Assembly: GCF_004010195.1 (NCBI RefSeq)
Contig: NC_057719.1
Coordinates: 26,812,418 to 26,876,417 of the forward strand
Source of the DNA: Chiloscyllium plagiosum
Taxonomy: Eukaryota
Direction: 5' to 3'
DNA: 64,000 bases
Position 1 is the first letter of the stretch, and each line of letters begins with the position of its first letter. The notes under the pieces were generated by a model that was not told where the DNA came from, did no database searches, and was given only the letters and a program-made list of their open reading frames with translations. A program made the position numbers and the translations under genes. Shown here one piece after another: positions 38,284-51,300 of this stretch.

Positions 38284-39450
38284 TCAGATTGCCCAATACT
38301 TGCAAGTTTTTGTCATCTGCAAATTCTGAAATTTTGTCCTGAAGAGCCAAATCATGAATACAGATTTACAGATCTTCTTAAAAGTTTACCTTTATTTAGC
38401 CAAACTTTCAATCACCCATCGGTGCCCCACATATCTCCTTATCAAAGCAAAACACTGAAGTTGTGGAAAATCTGAAATAAATCAGTAAAAGCTGAAAATA
38501 TTGGCAGATTAGGCAGCTTAGGTGGAAAGCAAAAGACTGAGTTAATGATTCAGGTTGATGACCTTTAAACAGAACATGGACCTGAACTGAGATGCTGGCA
38601 CACCCACTGAAGAGTGAAGCCTTTTCTGTTTTTATACTGCACGCCTCATTTTCCTGGGCTTCCATTTTGTTTGATTGTACTTTTTGTAAAGCAACTTTTA
38701 TTTGTATTCTGATAAAGGTGCTACATGAGGTGGTACAACCAACAGCAAAGTCACATGGTATTGCAGTGTTGTGCTTCTGGAGAAAGCACTTGCCCACCTT
38801 GTAAAAGTCCAACCCAACCAAAAGTAATCCAAGGCGAGCAGAGGTTATGTGTCTAACCTGTTAACAGAAGAGAAAGAATGTGCTGGAGAGTGGGGGTGGG
38901 GTCAAGGTGGAACTCAACCAACATCATCATCACCACTAGTCAAGACAGAAATTGCTGGAGAAAACTTAGCAGGCCAGGCAGCCTAATGGAGAGAGAAACT
39001 GAGCTAACGTTTTGAATCCAGCACAACTCTTCTTCGGAACAAGTTTCAAGAGAAGGATGCCATCTTTCGATGTAGAGAAGTTTGTCCAAGCCTTGCAAAG
39101 TTTCTGTTAATATCCAGCACCCCAGGGTGGGGGTTACCCAAGAACATGACCAGGTGTGCGGATGGATTGGGTAATCCCAGAGACTGGGAGCTGTAAATTG
39201 GAATGGAGTCACCTCTGCTGTCACACTATGTGTGTGTATGTGGGTTGATGGGGAGGGGGTGGGGAGTGAAGGGAAATANNNNNNGGGGGGGGGGGGGGGT
39301 GAAGTGGGAGGGGGGTGGGGCGGTGCGTGTGTGGATTTCCCCACCTCCAACCCAGTGAAGACTGTGCGTCAGGAAGAGAGTGCGCAGCCGCGGCGCCTGC
39401 AAGCTGTCAGTGCCGGCGATGGAGCGGCTGCAACGGTGGCCAGTCCAGTC

Positions 39451-39504
39451 CCAGCCCCAGCTCCAGCTCCAGCTCCGGCTCCGGCTCCAGCTCCGGCTCC
39501 AGCT
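39451..39504 (+). repeat. Hexamer tandem repeat (CCRGCT)n
   Basis: About 9 CCAGCT/CCGGCT-type units. Confidence 0.9.
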
Positions 39505-39527
39505 CGGACTGCAGCGCCGGTGCGACG

Positions 39528-39680
39528 ATGAGCCGCTTCCCGCCACACACTGACCAGCCGCTCGGAGCCGCCCAACAAACATCTCCCCAAGAGCCTGCAG
39601 ACCCAGGATGCCCGGTGGAAAAAGAGGGCTGGTGGCACCGCAGAATACTTTTTTGGAAAACATTGTCAGGCGATCCAGCG
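39528..39680 (+). CDS. Candidate first coding exon or uORF of an unidentified host gene ([10 protein letters not shown]...[21 protein letters not shown])
   Basis: ACGATGA start context, 51 open codons, strong donor GCG|GTAAGG at 39681 (phase 0). Confidence 0.5.
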
Positions 39681-39704
39681 GTAAGGTGGCACTTTTGTAG
39701 CGAC

Positions 39705-39735
<31 letters not shown>

Positions 39736-42329
39736 CCCCCCCCCATCCACCAACACTTCCTCCCATTAGCTATTGATTAACGGAGCTATAGTTTCTAGTC
39801 CCTAGGTGCAGTCAGTGCCCATCTCTCCAACCTCCTTTCACTGTCCTCCTTGCACGCAGATTGACTGCTTATTTATCTTTAAGGTGCAATAGATCCTCAT
39901 AAATTAAACTGAAAGGCAGTTCATTTCGATTTAGTTTTGACCTGTTCTAATTTTGCTCGTCTTGCATACAATATTTCGTTCCACAACATCGAATGAAGCG
40001 ACTAGGAATTCTGGAAGATTGCTAAACTTAATTGAAAAGTAATTTGTTAGAACACTTGTTAATAGATCTCGCGCTGGAAAGCGATTGAACATTATTTTTC
40101 CTCTTGTAAGTGTTTATAATGGCTGTGCTGTATACAAAAACACAGTTCCTTCTGATCTCTGCCGTCATTCCGACTGTCAGATCAGATCCCCAGCGTGCTC
40201 CCTAGTGTTATTTTTAGTTTTCAACCATCAAGCGAGACTAATATACAGCAACGATGGGTTTCCTCAACAGTGAATTCGGCAGCCTGACAGTAGCCACAGA
40301 CAGGGAAGACGCAGGGTGCAAAGCGATTTTTTTTGTTTTTGGGAAATTACTGAGAGAGAACCTGGTGATAGATAACTCTCAGGAACTTGCAGCGCTCAAG
40401 TAGAACCGATCGAAGGATGTCGCTGAATGAAGGGCTTGCAGGAGAGTTTCACCTGAAGCGTTCCTGTAAGTCCACTTCCAATCTGTTGAAGCCGATGTTG
40501 CAATAGAGACAAGGAACGTGGAAGAGTTCCAAATGTTGGTTAAACGAAATTACTTTTGGTTTGTGGGCAGAATGATGTGGGAGCTGGTATAAACTCCGCC
40601 GTTACTAGTGAATCGATATCTGTAAGCTATAACATTCCCCTTATTTAACACACTGTCATTTACAAATAAAGAAATCCAATCTAAATATTATGTGCGATAT
40701 TCCTGAAGTTGCAGCCACTAGTTTAGAAACTACACCTAATGAGTTCACAGCATTGAAAGCGGGTTTACATAAACACCTGTGTCTATTCCTGCAGACCTAA
40801 CCGAGAAGCATCTTTAACGGGAGAAGAGTCTTTAAAATTGTAAAGCTTAATATTTCTCACAGTGCTTGTTGCATCTGAAGAGCTAGGAGGATGTAAACGT
40901 AAAGAGACATTGCTTTATATATAGTTGACATCTATTTGGTACAGTGTGTTATCACTGGCAGTCAATCTTGCCAGCAGGGGTTTGTTGAAAATTGCTGTGA
41001 TCTGTTCAGAGCTTGAGCGATGTTAACAGTTCCCACTTGCTGCATTCGCTAAACATTCGTCAGAGTCCAACGCTGGACAGAGCATTTGTAAGCCCACCAA
41101 CTCAGTGGTATTTTTCTTGCCATTACGGGTCGCTGTTACTCCTCACTGACAGGCAACTCTACCTCAGTACCCCCTGAGCTAAACCCTCGCTCTGAACAAA
41201 TACTGATGCCTGCAGGCAATTCCGGCTGCAACCAACTTTTCAACAGTGATTCGCAGGAAGACGCTGAACAGTTTGACTAACACTGTACGTCAACCGTCGG
41301 CTACAAATCAACTCTTAAAAGCCCTATTTTACTAATGAGCATTGCCGATCTATTTATTAAAGTGACAGAGGCCGCTTATTAGGAACCAGCCCTTTCTAAA
41401 TGCGTACATGCATCAATGCAGCAGTAGGAAACTGGGAAATCAAAAGGACGTTTGAAGGATTGTTCCAGGAGTGCTTTCGAATTTAGAAACAGATTAATAG
41501 TGCATTTTGTGCCTCTTGAAAAGTTCAATAGTCAGGATTTGTTTAGTAATTTATGCAAAGGACAAAGAAAATTTCAATTTATTTAAACTGAAACAGGCAC
41601 CCAGAACCAATTGATGCAGCAAAATGACCACCGTGAAAGTTCTGAAATCAGAGAATTCCAACTATGGATATAATTTAGAAACCTTAGGATAATATTTATA
41701 TCCAGTAGCTTGTTTAGCTGGGAGTGCCAGACAGGACCGTGTTTCCATACCTCCACACCAGGAGCCTGTTCGGATCACTGGTCGATAATTACAAATTATA
41801 AAATTAGCAATTATTTCTATTAAGAATGGAAACTGCATTGGAGTACAGATTGCAAAATATCCATGTGTCACTAAGTCTGTCTATTTCCGACTGCATAATA
41901 TCACCCATCTCCAAGCTGCCCTCGGTTTGGAATCCTCAATCATGCCGTCATTACTTTGAGTGTTGAGTGTTTATACCAATGTACATTGCTGGCTTGTTTC
42001 CCATTTTCTACTCTTATAAACTTGAGGTCATTCAAAAACTCTTCTGCCTTCAGTTTCCACAAAGGACAATGTAAATGTTGATTTATTGCAGAAACAATCT
42101 AACAAATAGAGAAAAGTAGTAAATTGATAGACATAAACAATTACATAGCATTCACCATGAAGTTAATGAACTTAGAAAATTAGAAGCAATTGGTATTTTT
42201 TGGGATACAGTTTAAAATCCCTGGGGTAGGATTTATATATTGCACCAAGTCCTGTTCACCCATCAACGTTGCACTTATTGATTTATGTTGACACCCTTTT
42301 GAAGAATGCGTTGCTTTAAAAAAAATCAT

Positions 42330-42700
42330 CCTTGTATTCAAATTCCTTCGCAGCCTATATCTCCAATTTGTGGCTGTCATCTCCTCCAGCTTTAGAAAAC
42401 TAATATATCGGCTTCTTCAATTCTGTCTTCTTCAACATGCCGGATTTTTATTGTTCTACAATTGACAGACGTGCCTTCAGCTGCTTCATTCGTAAGCTCT
42501 GGAAATCCCATCCTTTACTTTTCCACTTCCCTGTCTCGCTGTCCACCACAAGGCATACTTTGACAAAGGTTTTGGACATCTGACCTAATATCTCCTGATG
42601 TGGCTTGGAGTCAGATTTTGTTTGATAACCGTCCTGTGCATCATTCAGTGGCATTTTATTGTATTAAAAATGTTATCTAAGTGCAAGCTGTTGTTGTTAT
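42330..42700 (+). mobile_element. Old L2 LINE 3' end
   Basis: Ends ...GTGCAAGCTGTTGTTGTT, a typical L2/Deu-SINE-partner tail. Confidence 0.55.
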
Positions 42701-44279
42701 TATTTCTGAACTTTAATATAAAATTATACTCCATCTGCTTTTATTTGTGATGTCAAAATATGATATCCTTAATGCAGCTGCTAACACTGGAACAAATTGA
42801 AAATGATGTTGCATGGTTAAGTTATTCTAGGAATACTTAGATTGGAATATACAAAATAGGAACAGGATTAGACTATTCAAACCTTCTCTGACATTCAGTA
42901 AGATCACAGCTAATCTGACTGTGGCCTCCAGTTTCCCGCATGTCCCCCATAACATTTGAGTCATCTGTAGATCAAAACTCTGTCTGAATTAGCCTTGAAT
43001 AATGCAGGTACAACTTTTTAAATATTAGTTTGGAGAGTTACGTTTACAACACCATGATGATGCAATATGTAAGTTAGTGAAAGCGAACCCACAGGATTAA
43101 TGCCTGAACTATGTTGCATATTGGTCAGACATCATCATTTCCCTCAACATCTCTGGACTAGAGCAGCAAAATCAATTCTGTGTTTTGCATCAGTTTTGGA
43201 AACTACATATATGGAGCATAGAGTTGGAACTGCTTGTGGTGTTCTCCATTGTGCCATTATGAAGGCCTCATCGCCATAGTTTATAAAGTGTCTTTAACAT
43301 AGATCATCATCCGGAGACACTTTTGGAGGAAAATTTCATTTGAGTGAAAGAAAGAGGGAGCAGATCAGGTGACCAAAGGTCAACTAAAAAAATGAATAAA
43401 GAGGCAGAAATTGGCTTATGAGAAGTAGGATCAAGAGACTAGCCAAAGGTTGGAAAATTTTATATAGTCTCATGAGCAATGTTATACTGCGTTGATAATG
43501 CTTAAACTCTCAAATTGTTTGACAATATGCAACTCATTTACACCTGCTCTTTTTATGATCTCTTGGGTCTGTCATGTTAATAATCAACAATCGAAGTCTA
43601 ACCCCTTTGAACCAACAATAGCCAACTCCTGCTTGTCACCTTTACAATGCACCTTATTCTCGCAAGCACAAGCCCAGATACACATTTTCTCTTGCTTCTG
43701 CCTCATGAAACTTAATTAATGAATTACCAGTAACATAGAGGATGAATCCAGACTATGAATGGGTGATAATGAAATTGTAACCACCAAGAGTCTCAAGAAA
43801 TGATTACCCTCCACGGAGGAACCTTTGGGCACAATTCTTGGGTTTCCAGCAGTTCCAAAATTCCTGCTTGCATAATATGAAACGTGTCCAAGCAGTGGAG
43901 ACAATATTCCATAATGTGCTGCAGATGGTAGATCATTTGGAAGTAATCCATTACTCATATTCTGCAACATGTTGATGGATATGTACACAGTTGCACAGGC
44001 AGTCTGGACTGTGTGGTCACACTAGCACAATGAAAGTCCTCTCCAACAAAGGAGCCATGCACCTTTTGGTTTCAGGAGCTTAGCAGTGACTACTCTTTTG
44101 GATACCTTGGATATTGGAGTTGGGAGGGCTGCAAGACTGATGTCATTGGCACTGCGTAATCTGCTCATTTGTTGATCTGCACCTTGCAGTTGCACCAATA
44201 TGTTGATGTTGATTTTCAGAAGAATGTCAAATGTTAACATTGTTTCAGCTCTTTGGATACCTCAGAAGGTTCACTCATC

Positions 44280-44725
44280 TGATTCCTGTCATTAGGCATT
44301 GATTTATGAGGTAAGGCTGAGCAGGTCAGACCTAAACTCAAAAACGAGAGATGATTTCATTGAGGCATAACAAGATTCTGAAGATATGTGACCTGGTAGA
44401 TGCTGTGAAAATGTTATCTACAACTAGGGGGTGCAGTGTAAAAATAAAGGATCTGTCATTTAAGACAAAGATGAGAACAAATTTTTCTCGAATTCTCATT
44501 TGGAATTTTCGTCCCCAGAAAGCAATGGAGTCTGAGCCATTGAATATATGATTTTGATTTAGACAGCTTTTTTTTGATTGACAAGGAAGTCAAGTGTTAT
44601 TGGGTCTGAAGAGGCAGGAAAGTGGATTTATGGCCACAGTTATATATCAGCCATTGCCTTAATGACTAGCAGAGCAAGCTTAATGGAGCAAACGGCATAT
44701 CCCTGCTCCTATTTTATATGGTCTT
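44280..44725 (+). mobile_element. Old CR1 3' end
   Basis: TRGCSVKIKDLSFKTKMRTNF; degenerate CR1 3'UTR. Confidence 0.7.
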
Positions 44726-46034
44726 ATTGTGACCAGAAAATTGTAAAAAAGGTTTTTTAAACGGGTGGAGAGGATCAGGGAGAAACATTAGAGTTTGGGA
44801 GCACACGAGGCTGGAATCAGGGGAATAGAGAGGTCAGCAGGGCTGGGGATAGGGAGCAGTGAAGGGATAGAGTAATTTAAATACAATAATAATCATTTTA
44901 ATTATGAAATATTAAAGAAACAAGGTGTCAATGAAGGTCAGCAAGAGCAGGAAAGATGGATAAAAGATTTGCTTTGGAAAAGGGAATGTTCAGTTTTGAA
45001 TGAGCTGAAGTTTGTGGTAGGTAGGAGATGGTAAACCAGGAAGCAAGCCAGAAAAGCTTTGGATCAACTGGAGATGAAGTTGGGATCCACCAGTAGTTCC
45101 GTAGTCCTTCACAGCAAATTGTCAGCCCAATTTTCCATTCGAAGAACAGGAAAGGGTTGAGGTGTGAATTGCTTGCCCATTTGTGGTGAACCTATACTAT
45201 ATTAGCTGTTATAGACTAACATCAACACCCTTAAGTCCAAAGGTGATAAAGGCATGAATAAAGCTTTCAGCAGCTGATGGGGTAAGGCTGGCTGGATGTC
45301 ACAAAAGGAATTTGGGACCAGAAGCAACACAGGCTCAAAGAGACGATTGTGTTGTGAACACTCTCGTAATGATGGGAATGAAGAATGGAATTATTGGAAG
45401 GGAAATTGACTTTATCACAGGATAATAGGATTGGACTCAAAATAAAATTGCTTCAGTTAGTGTTTAGCCAGAGGAGATTTTGGCTCCTTCAAGACTAGAT
45501 GTCAGAGAACTGATCTGACAACATTTGGGCATGGAACATTTGAAAGAGGTGATGTATAAAGGAACTGGATAGAATATATGAAAACCATCCTTATAGAGAT
45601 TAATGTCACTGAGTGATGATATGTAGATGAGAAAGGGTGGGGTAATGACAATGGATGCATGAATTACTGCAAATTGTGATTAAACAAGGATGGAAGTAAA
45701 ACCATTGAGAGAATGCCATGGCTTTGATTGTAAACTTTATGGCAGCAGGCAATGGAAATCCATTGGAACTTTAGGTGATGCTCCAGAAGACAATGTGCAG
45801 TCAAGTGTCAAAAGGCACAGTGAAGGATAGGAGAGAATATGCAACAGGGTCACAGAGAATGTCATTGATGTGGGAAGTGTGGAAACATGGCTGATGCTTG
45901 TGGAATATTTTTAACCAAGGTCTCCAAGGGGGAGGGAAAATGAATAAAACAAGTTAAAATATTTTAAAAAATAATAACATATTATTTGTAGCTCTCACCC
46001 CCGAAGAAGAAATCGAACTTCATCAAAATTTAGA

Positions 46035-46240
46035 AACAAAAGCAGAAATTGCTGGAAAAAACTTAGCAGGTCTGGTAGCATCTGAAGAGAGAAAGCAGAG
46101 GTAATGTCTCAGAACACTGTTCTGAAGAAGGGTCCCTGGACCCGAAATGTTAACTCTGCTTTCTCTCCATAGGTGCTGCCAGATCTTCTGAATTTTTTCA
46201 ACAACTTCTGTTTTTGTTTCTGATTTCCAACATGCAGAAT
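46035..46240. mobile_element. Palindromic Penelope-derived short element with hammerhead-like core
   Basis: 46032-46105 is inverted at 46150-46222; CTGAAGA-A-GGGTC-CCTG-GACCC-GAAATGTT at 46122-46151. Confidence 0.75.
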
Positions 46241-46474
46241 TTGTTCATTCTTTTGTTGAAATGTAACTAATATAAAGGGGTGAAAAACAAAAGGATTCAT
46301 ATTGGCTGCCTACCAAAACTATACCTGTTGCACACCCAGTTGAACTTTCTTTTATATTGTAAGTAATAAAATTATCTATTTCAACACACTTTGGACCTCC
46401 AACAGAACTAAATTTAGCTCTTTTTATTTCAAAATGGAGAAATATGTATCCTTTGATAACTTTTATTTCTTCAG

Positions 46475-46508
46475 TGCAGGAAATATTCCTTTGTGAATCG
46501 TGCACATG
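46475..46508 (+). CDS. Candidate internal exon (CRKYSFVNRAH...)
   Basis: Polypyrimidine acceptor TTTTATTTCTTCAG; phase-0 compatible with the 39680 donor; weak donor ATG|GTAATG. Confidence 0.25.
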
Positions 46509-46839
46509 GTAATGAGTGCTTACAGTGTGCCAGCCAGATCTTTGCTGGGCATTTTAAGATTAAGATCATACGTTGTGGTATATTACCATTGACAGTAATG
46601 CAACACTTAATTTTAATTACTGCAGGACTACATTATCCACATACAGTTTAAGCAAATTGTAATAAATTAGTGCATTGACTAAAAGATTAATTAAACCAAT
46701 TACTAAAGTTTGCAATTGACAAAAGAATCTGAAACAGCTTTTTCTGGACAGTATTTAAGAAATTTGAATTCCATGTATTAGCCTCAGTTGAATGTTTATT
46801 GAGGCACTCGGTACCATTGTCAAACCCTAACCACCCAAC

Positions 46840-47230
46840 GCCTGGAGGAAGAATGCCTCATCTTCTCTTGGGACCCTGCAGCTACATGGGATCACTGCGG
46901 GTTTCACAAGTTTCATCATCCCCCTCTCCGCACTTTATCCCAGACCCAAGCCTACAACTCAGCACCACCCTCTTGACCTCTCCATCTTCCTTCCCACCTA
47001 TCCACTCCACCCTCCTCTCCAATCTATCACCTTTCCCGCACTTTCATCTACCTATCACATTCCAAGCTACAGTCTCCCCTCTCATTTATCTCTCAACCCC
47101 CCCAACCCACAAGATCAAAGGCTTATGCCTGAAACATCGATTTTCTTGCTCCTTGGATACTGCCTGACCTGCTATGCTTTTCCAACATCACACTTTCCAC
47201 TCTAATCTCCAGCATCTGCAGTCCTTTCTA
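46840..47230 (+). mobile_element. Penelope-like 3' end / pseudo-LTR
   Basis: LEEECLIF.LGTLQ-like endonuclease tail, C-rich tract, GGCTTATGCCTGAAACATCGA terminus as in 7530-7665. Confidence 0.7.
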
Positions 47231-47974
47231 CTAGGTACTAAATACTTGAGCACATTTGTAATATCAAGTGAACTGATGTGAATTGGGTGATTGTTTTTGA
47301 GCTTAAGAACAGCAGAAACATATGAAGCAAGAAAGATCAATCTCCTTTCCAAATACTTACAAGGGATTAAGCAACTTTTATTCTTAGAAAGCAACTTGTC
47401 TCCATTGGCTTTGTCCCAGTAGAGATGCACATAGCTGATTGCTATCTTAAGCTGAATCCCAGCCTGGAATTATGTTTCATATAGCTACTGAATTCACAGT
47501 ATGTTTGAAGATAATTGGAACTATTGATTTTTATGGAATGGGCACCTTTTAGGCATCTGGGAGAGTTGCTGAATTCACAAAGTTCAACTGTATCTGTATG
47601 GCTTTGGAGGTAATGATCATGAAGTCATCTAAGACATGACATCATTGTTATCGCATTCATGTGTTTCTAAGAAAAGCATGGGTGCCAGTCTCCTGATTTT
47701 CGTGTCACCAGATTGTAAGATTTTGGAATTTTATGGGAAGATTTTCTTAATTTTAACTGAATTATCATGATACCTTGTGCTTAGTTTTAAAATCACATCA
47801 CTTTGATCAGGTTCTGCCCGCAGTACTGGCCAGTGGGCATTTATTTCTAAAATGACTTGTCCCTCAGAACGGATCCAAAATCTATAAGCTGAAGAATAGG
47901 GCTTGAGAGGTGTTCAATGATCAATGGGAAATAGTTTTGTTCATTTCTGAGAAGCTGTTTCAACACAGGTCACA

Positions 47975-48245
47975 ATGGCATTAGCACAGTTGCCTCACCG
48001 CAACAGGGACCAAGGTCTGATTCCAGCCTGGACTGATTGTGTACATTCTCCCTGTACCTGTGTGGGCTTTCACTGGGTGCTCTGGTTTCCTCTCACAGGC
48101 CAAAGATGTGCAGGTTAGGTGGATTGGGCATGGTAAATATGGGATTACAGAGATAGGGTGGGGAGGTTGTGGGACAATCTTCGGAGTGTAGGTGCACACT
48201 TGAGAGGATAAATAGTCTCTATCTGCATTGTAGAAATTCTATATT
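47975..48245 (+). mobile_element. HE1 SINE
   Basis: Degenerate tRNA head, body and tail. Confidence 0.8.
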
Positions 48246-48399
48246 TCTAACATTCGTTTGTTCACTAGTAGTGGATTGACAATGCTTTGTTTTTACAATG
48301 GATTGATTTTCAGCAGTATGAATCAAATTTTAATAACTTACCACTTTTGAATAGATAATGGTATTTAAAGCAACATATTAATAATAATTAGTTTTACAA

Positions 48400-51300
48400 C
48401 CTTACTTGATATATACATTCAGCATAAGCTTTTAGCTGTTATATTTATGTCCCTGTTAATGAAGCCTAGAATACCATATCCTTTATTAACAGCTGTCTAC
48501 CAGTCCAGCCACTCTTAATGATATCTGCATGCATACTCTTGGGTCTCTCTACTTCGATGTCATTTAAAACAGTACCCTTGATTTTAGAGTGTTGTTCATG
48601 TTTTTTCTACCATAATGTGTTAGCTCAAGCTTCTCCACATTGAGCTCATCTGCTAATTATTCACCCATTCTACCAACGTGCCAATGTCTTTTTGAAGTTC
48701 TGTACTTCCTCCTTGCAGTTTACAATGCTTCCAAGTTTTGCACCATCTGCGAACTTTGAAACTTCACATAAATTATGTAAAGCAAGGCTCCCATGTTGAC
48801 CCACATGGAACTCCTACACTGTTTCCTAGCATTTAGCCAATTTTGTATCTACATTGGAACTGTCCTTTCAACTTCATGAGCTGTAACTTCACAAATCTGG
48901 TCTGTAGCACTGAATCAGTTGCATTTTAGAAGTTCATGTACACCACATCAACATCCTACTCCTTACTAACCCTCCTGTTATCTCTTTCAAGAACTCCAGC
49001 AAATTAGTTAAACATTATTTTCCTTTAAGAAATCCATCCTAACTCTCTGATTTGTCTCTATGACTCTCAGTTCTATCTTGAATACTCGTTTCTACCTTTG
49101 CAACTTTTTTGAACAAGGGTATGATATTTGTAATTCAGTCCTCTGATACCAGTCCAGGGGAGACTGAAAGATTACTGTCAGTGCCTGTGCAATTTCCACT
49201 CTCACTTCCTTCAATATTGTTCTGTGCATCTCATTTGGTTCAGGAGCCTTAACAACTCGATGCATCTGTTACCTTGTCTGTTACCTGGATAACATCTGCT
49301 TCCTTGATAAAGATAGGTGCAAAGTTACTTTAGCATCTCAGCTGTGCCTCCTGCCTCCCAGTGTAAATTTCCTTTTTTCAGTCCTGAATTGGCATTATCC
49401 TTCTTTCACCACATTTACTATTTATGTTCTAATATTGAGATTTCCTTTAGCTGCTTGATGTTAGCTTGCTATCTTTTTTCATAACCTCTCCTTGCTTTTC
49501 TTATTTGCTTTTTCTCCTTCTCCCTTCTGAATATGTATTCAGCTTGGTATCTGACATTTGTCAGAAGCATACGTTTGCTTCTTTATCTTAATTTGTAGCT
49601 CCTCTGTCAGCCAGGTAGCTCTATCTGGCTAAGCTACATTTTTGCCACATTGAAGTTGGCTGTTTCTCAGTTAATTACTCTTATTCTGGGTCCTTCCCCA
49701 CTTTTCCACCTTGTAATGCAATGATTGCTCTTTCCTAAAGGTTCCGCCACTGATCCTCGATGTACATGGCCAACTTGCTCCCAAGAGCCAGGTCTAGCAT
49801 TGTCTATTTTCTGGACTGGGCACATAGAACATAGAACATTACAGAGCAGTAGACGCCCTTCGGCCCTCGATATTGTGCCACTCTGTCATACTAATCTGAA
49901 GCCCATCCCACCTACACTATTCCATGTACGTCCATATGCCTGTCCAATGACAACTTAAATGCACTTAAACTTGGCGAATCTACTACCATTGCAGGCAAAG
50001 CATTCCATACCCTTACTACTCTCCTATTGCAATAGGAGATTTTCCTGAACACAGTCTACAAATGCTTGCCTCTCTTTGCCCTTAACACTACCCTTATCTC
50101 TGTTTATTATTTCAGTCATTAGAATTCCCCATTGTAACCATTCTATAATACTTGCACTTCTCTGTAATTTCCTTGCAGATTTGTTTCTCTGCATCCTTCC
50201 CGCTATTCAGAGGTCTGCAGTTTATGTCAAACAATATAATTGCGCCCTTCTTGTTCATAACTCTGTCTAAATCACTTCTGTCATACAGTCATAGAGTCAT
50301 AGAAATGTACAGCACAGAAACAGACCCTTTGGTCCAACCTGTCCATGCCGACCAGATATCCCAACCCAATCTAGTTCCACCTGCAAGCACCCGGCCCATA
50401 TCCCTCCAAACCCTTCCTATTCATATACCCATCCAGGTGCCTTTTAAATGTTGCAATTGTACTAGTCTCCATCACTTCCTCTGGGCAGCCCATTTCACAC
50501 ACGCACCACCCTCTGCATGAAAAAGCTGCCCCTTAGGTCTCTTTTATGTCTTGCCTCTCTCACCCTAAACATATGTCCTCTAGTTCTGGACCCCCCCCAC
50601 CTCAGGGAAAAGACCTTGTCTGTTTATCCTATCCATGCCCCTCATGATTTTACAAACCCCTATAAGGTCACCCCTCCACCTCCGACGCTGCATGGAAAAC
50701 AGCCTATTCAAACTTCCCTACAGCTCAAATTCTTCAACCCTGGCAACATGCTTGTAAATCTTTTCTGAAACCTTTCAAGTTTCACAACATCCTTCCAATA
50801 GGAAGGAGACCAGAATTGCATGCAATATTCCAAAAATGCCTAACCAACATTGTGTACAGCTGCAACATGACCTTCCAACTCCTGTACTCAATGCTCTGAC
50901 CAATAAAGGAAGGCATACCAAATGCCTTCTTCACTATCCTATCTACCTGCAACTCTACTTTCAAGGAGTTATGAACCTGCACACCAAGATCTCTTTGTTC
51001 AGCAATGCTCCCTAGGTCCTTACCACTAAGTGTATAAGACCTGCTAAGATTTACAGCACCTCACATTTATCTAAATTAAACTCCTTCTGCCACTCCTCAG
51101 CCCATTGGCTCATCTGGTCAAGATCCTATTGTAACCTAAGGTAACCTTCTTCGCTATCCATTACACCTCCAATTTTGGTGTCATCTGCAAACTTACTAAC
51201 TATACCTCTTAAGCTCACATCCAAATCATTTATTTAAATGACATAAAGTGGACCCAGCACCGATCATTGTGGCACTCCACTGGTCACAACCGTCCACCAT

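Larger units (their letters stand above)
39230..39750 (+). promoter_or_regulatory. CpG/GC-rich promoter and first-exon island
   Basis: Only CpG-dense non-repeat stretch in the window; GGGGCGG GC-box at ~39317; G-tracts upstream and C-tract downstream of the donor. Confidence 0.7.

Noticed and set aside
39528..39680. Gene-name assignment (faint resemblance to KCNIP3 or PPDPF motifs)
   Set aside because: Only a few shared residues; not supportable without a search.
39226..39766. Minus-strand ORFs over the GC island
   Set aside because: Open frames are expected from high GC and the hexamer repeat; mostly non-ATG starts and no splice support.
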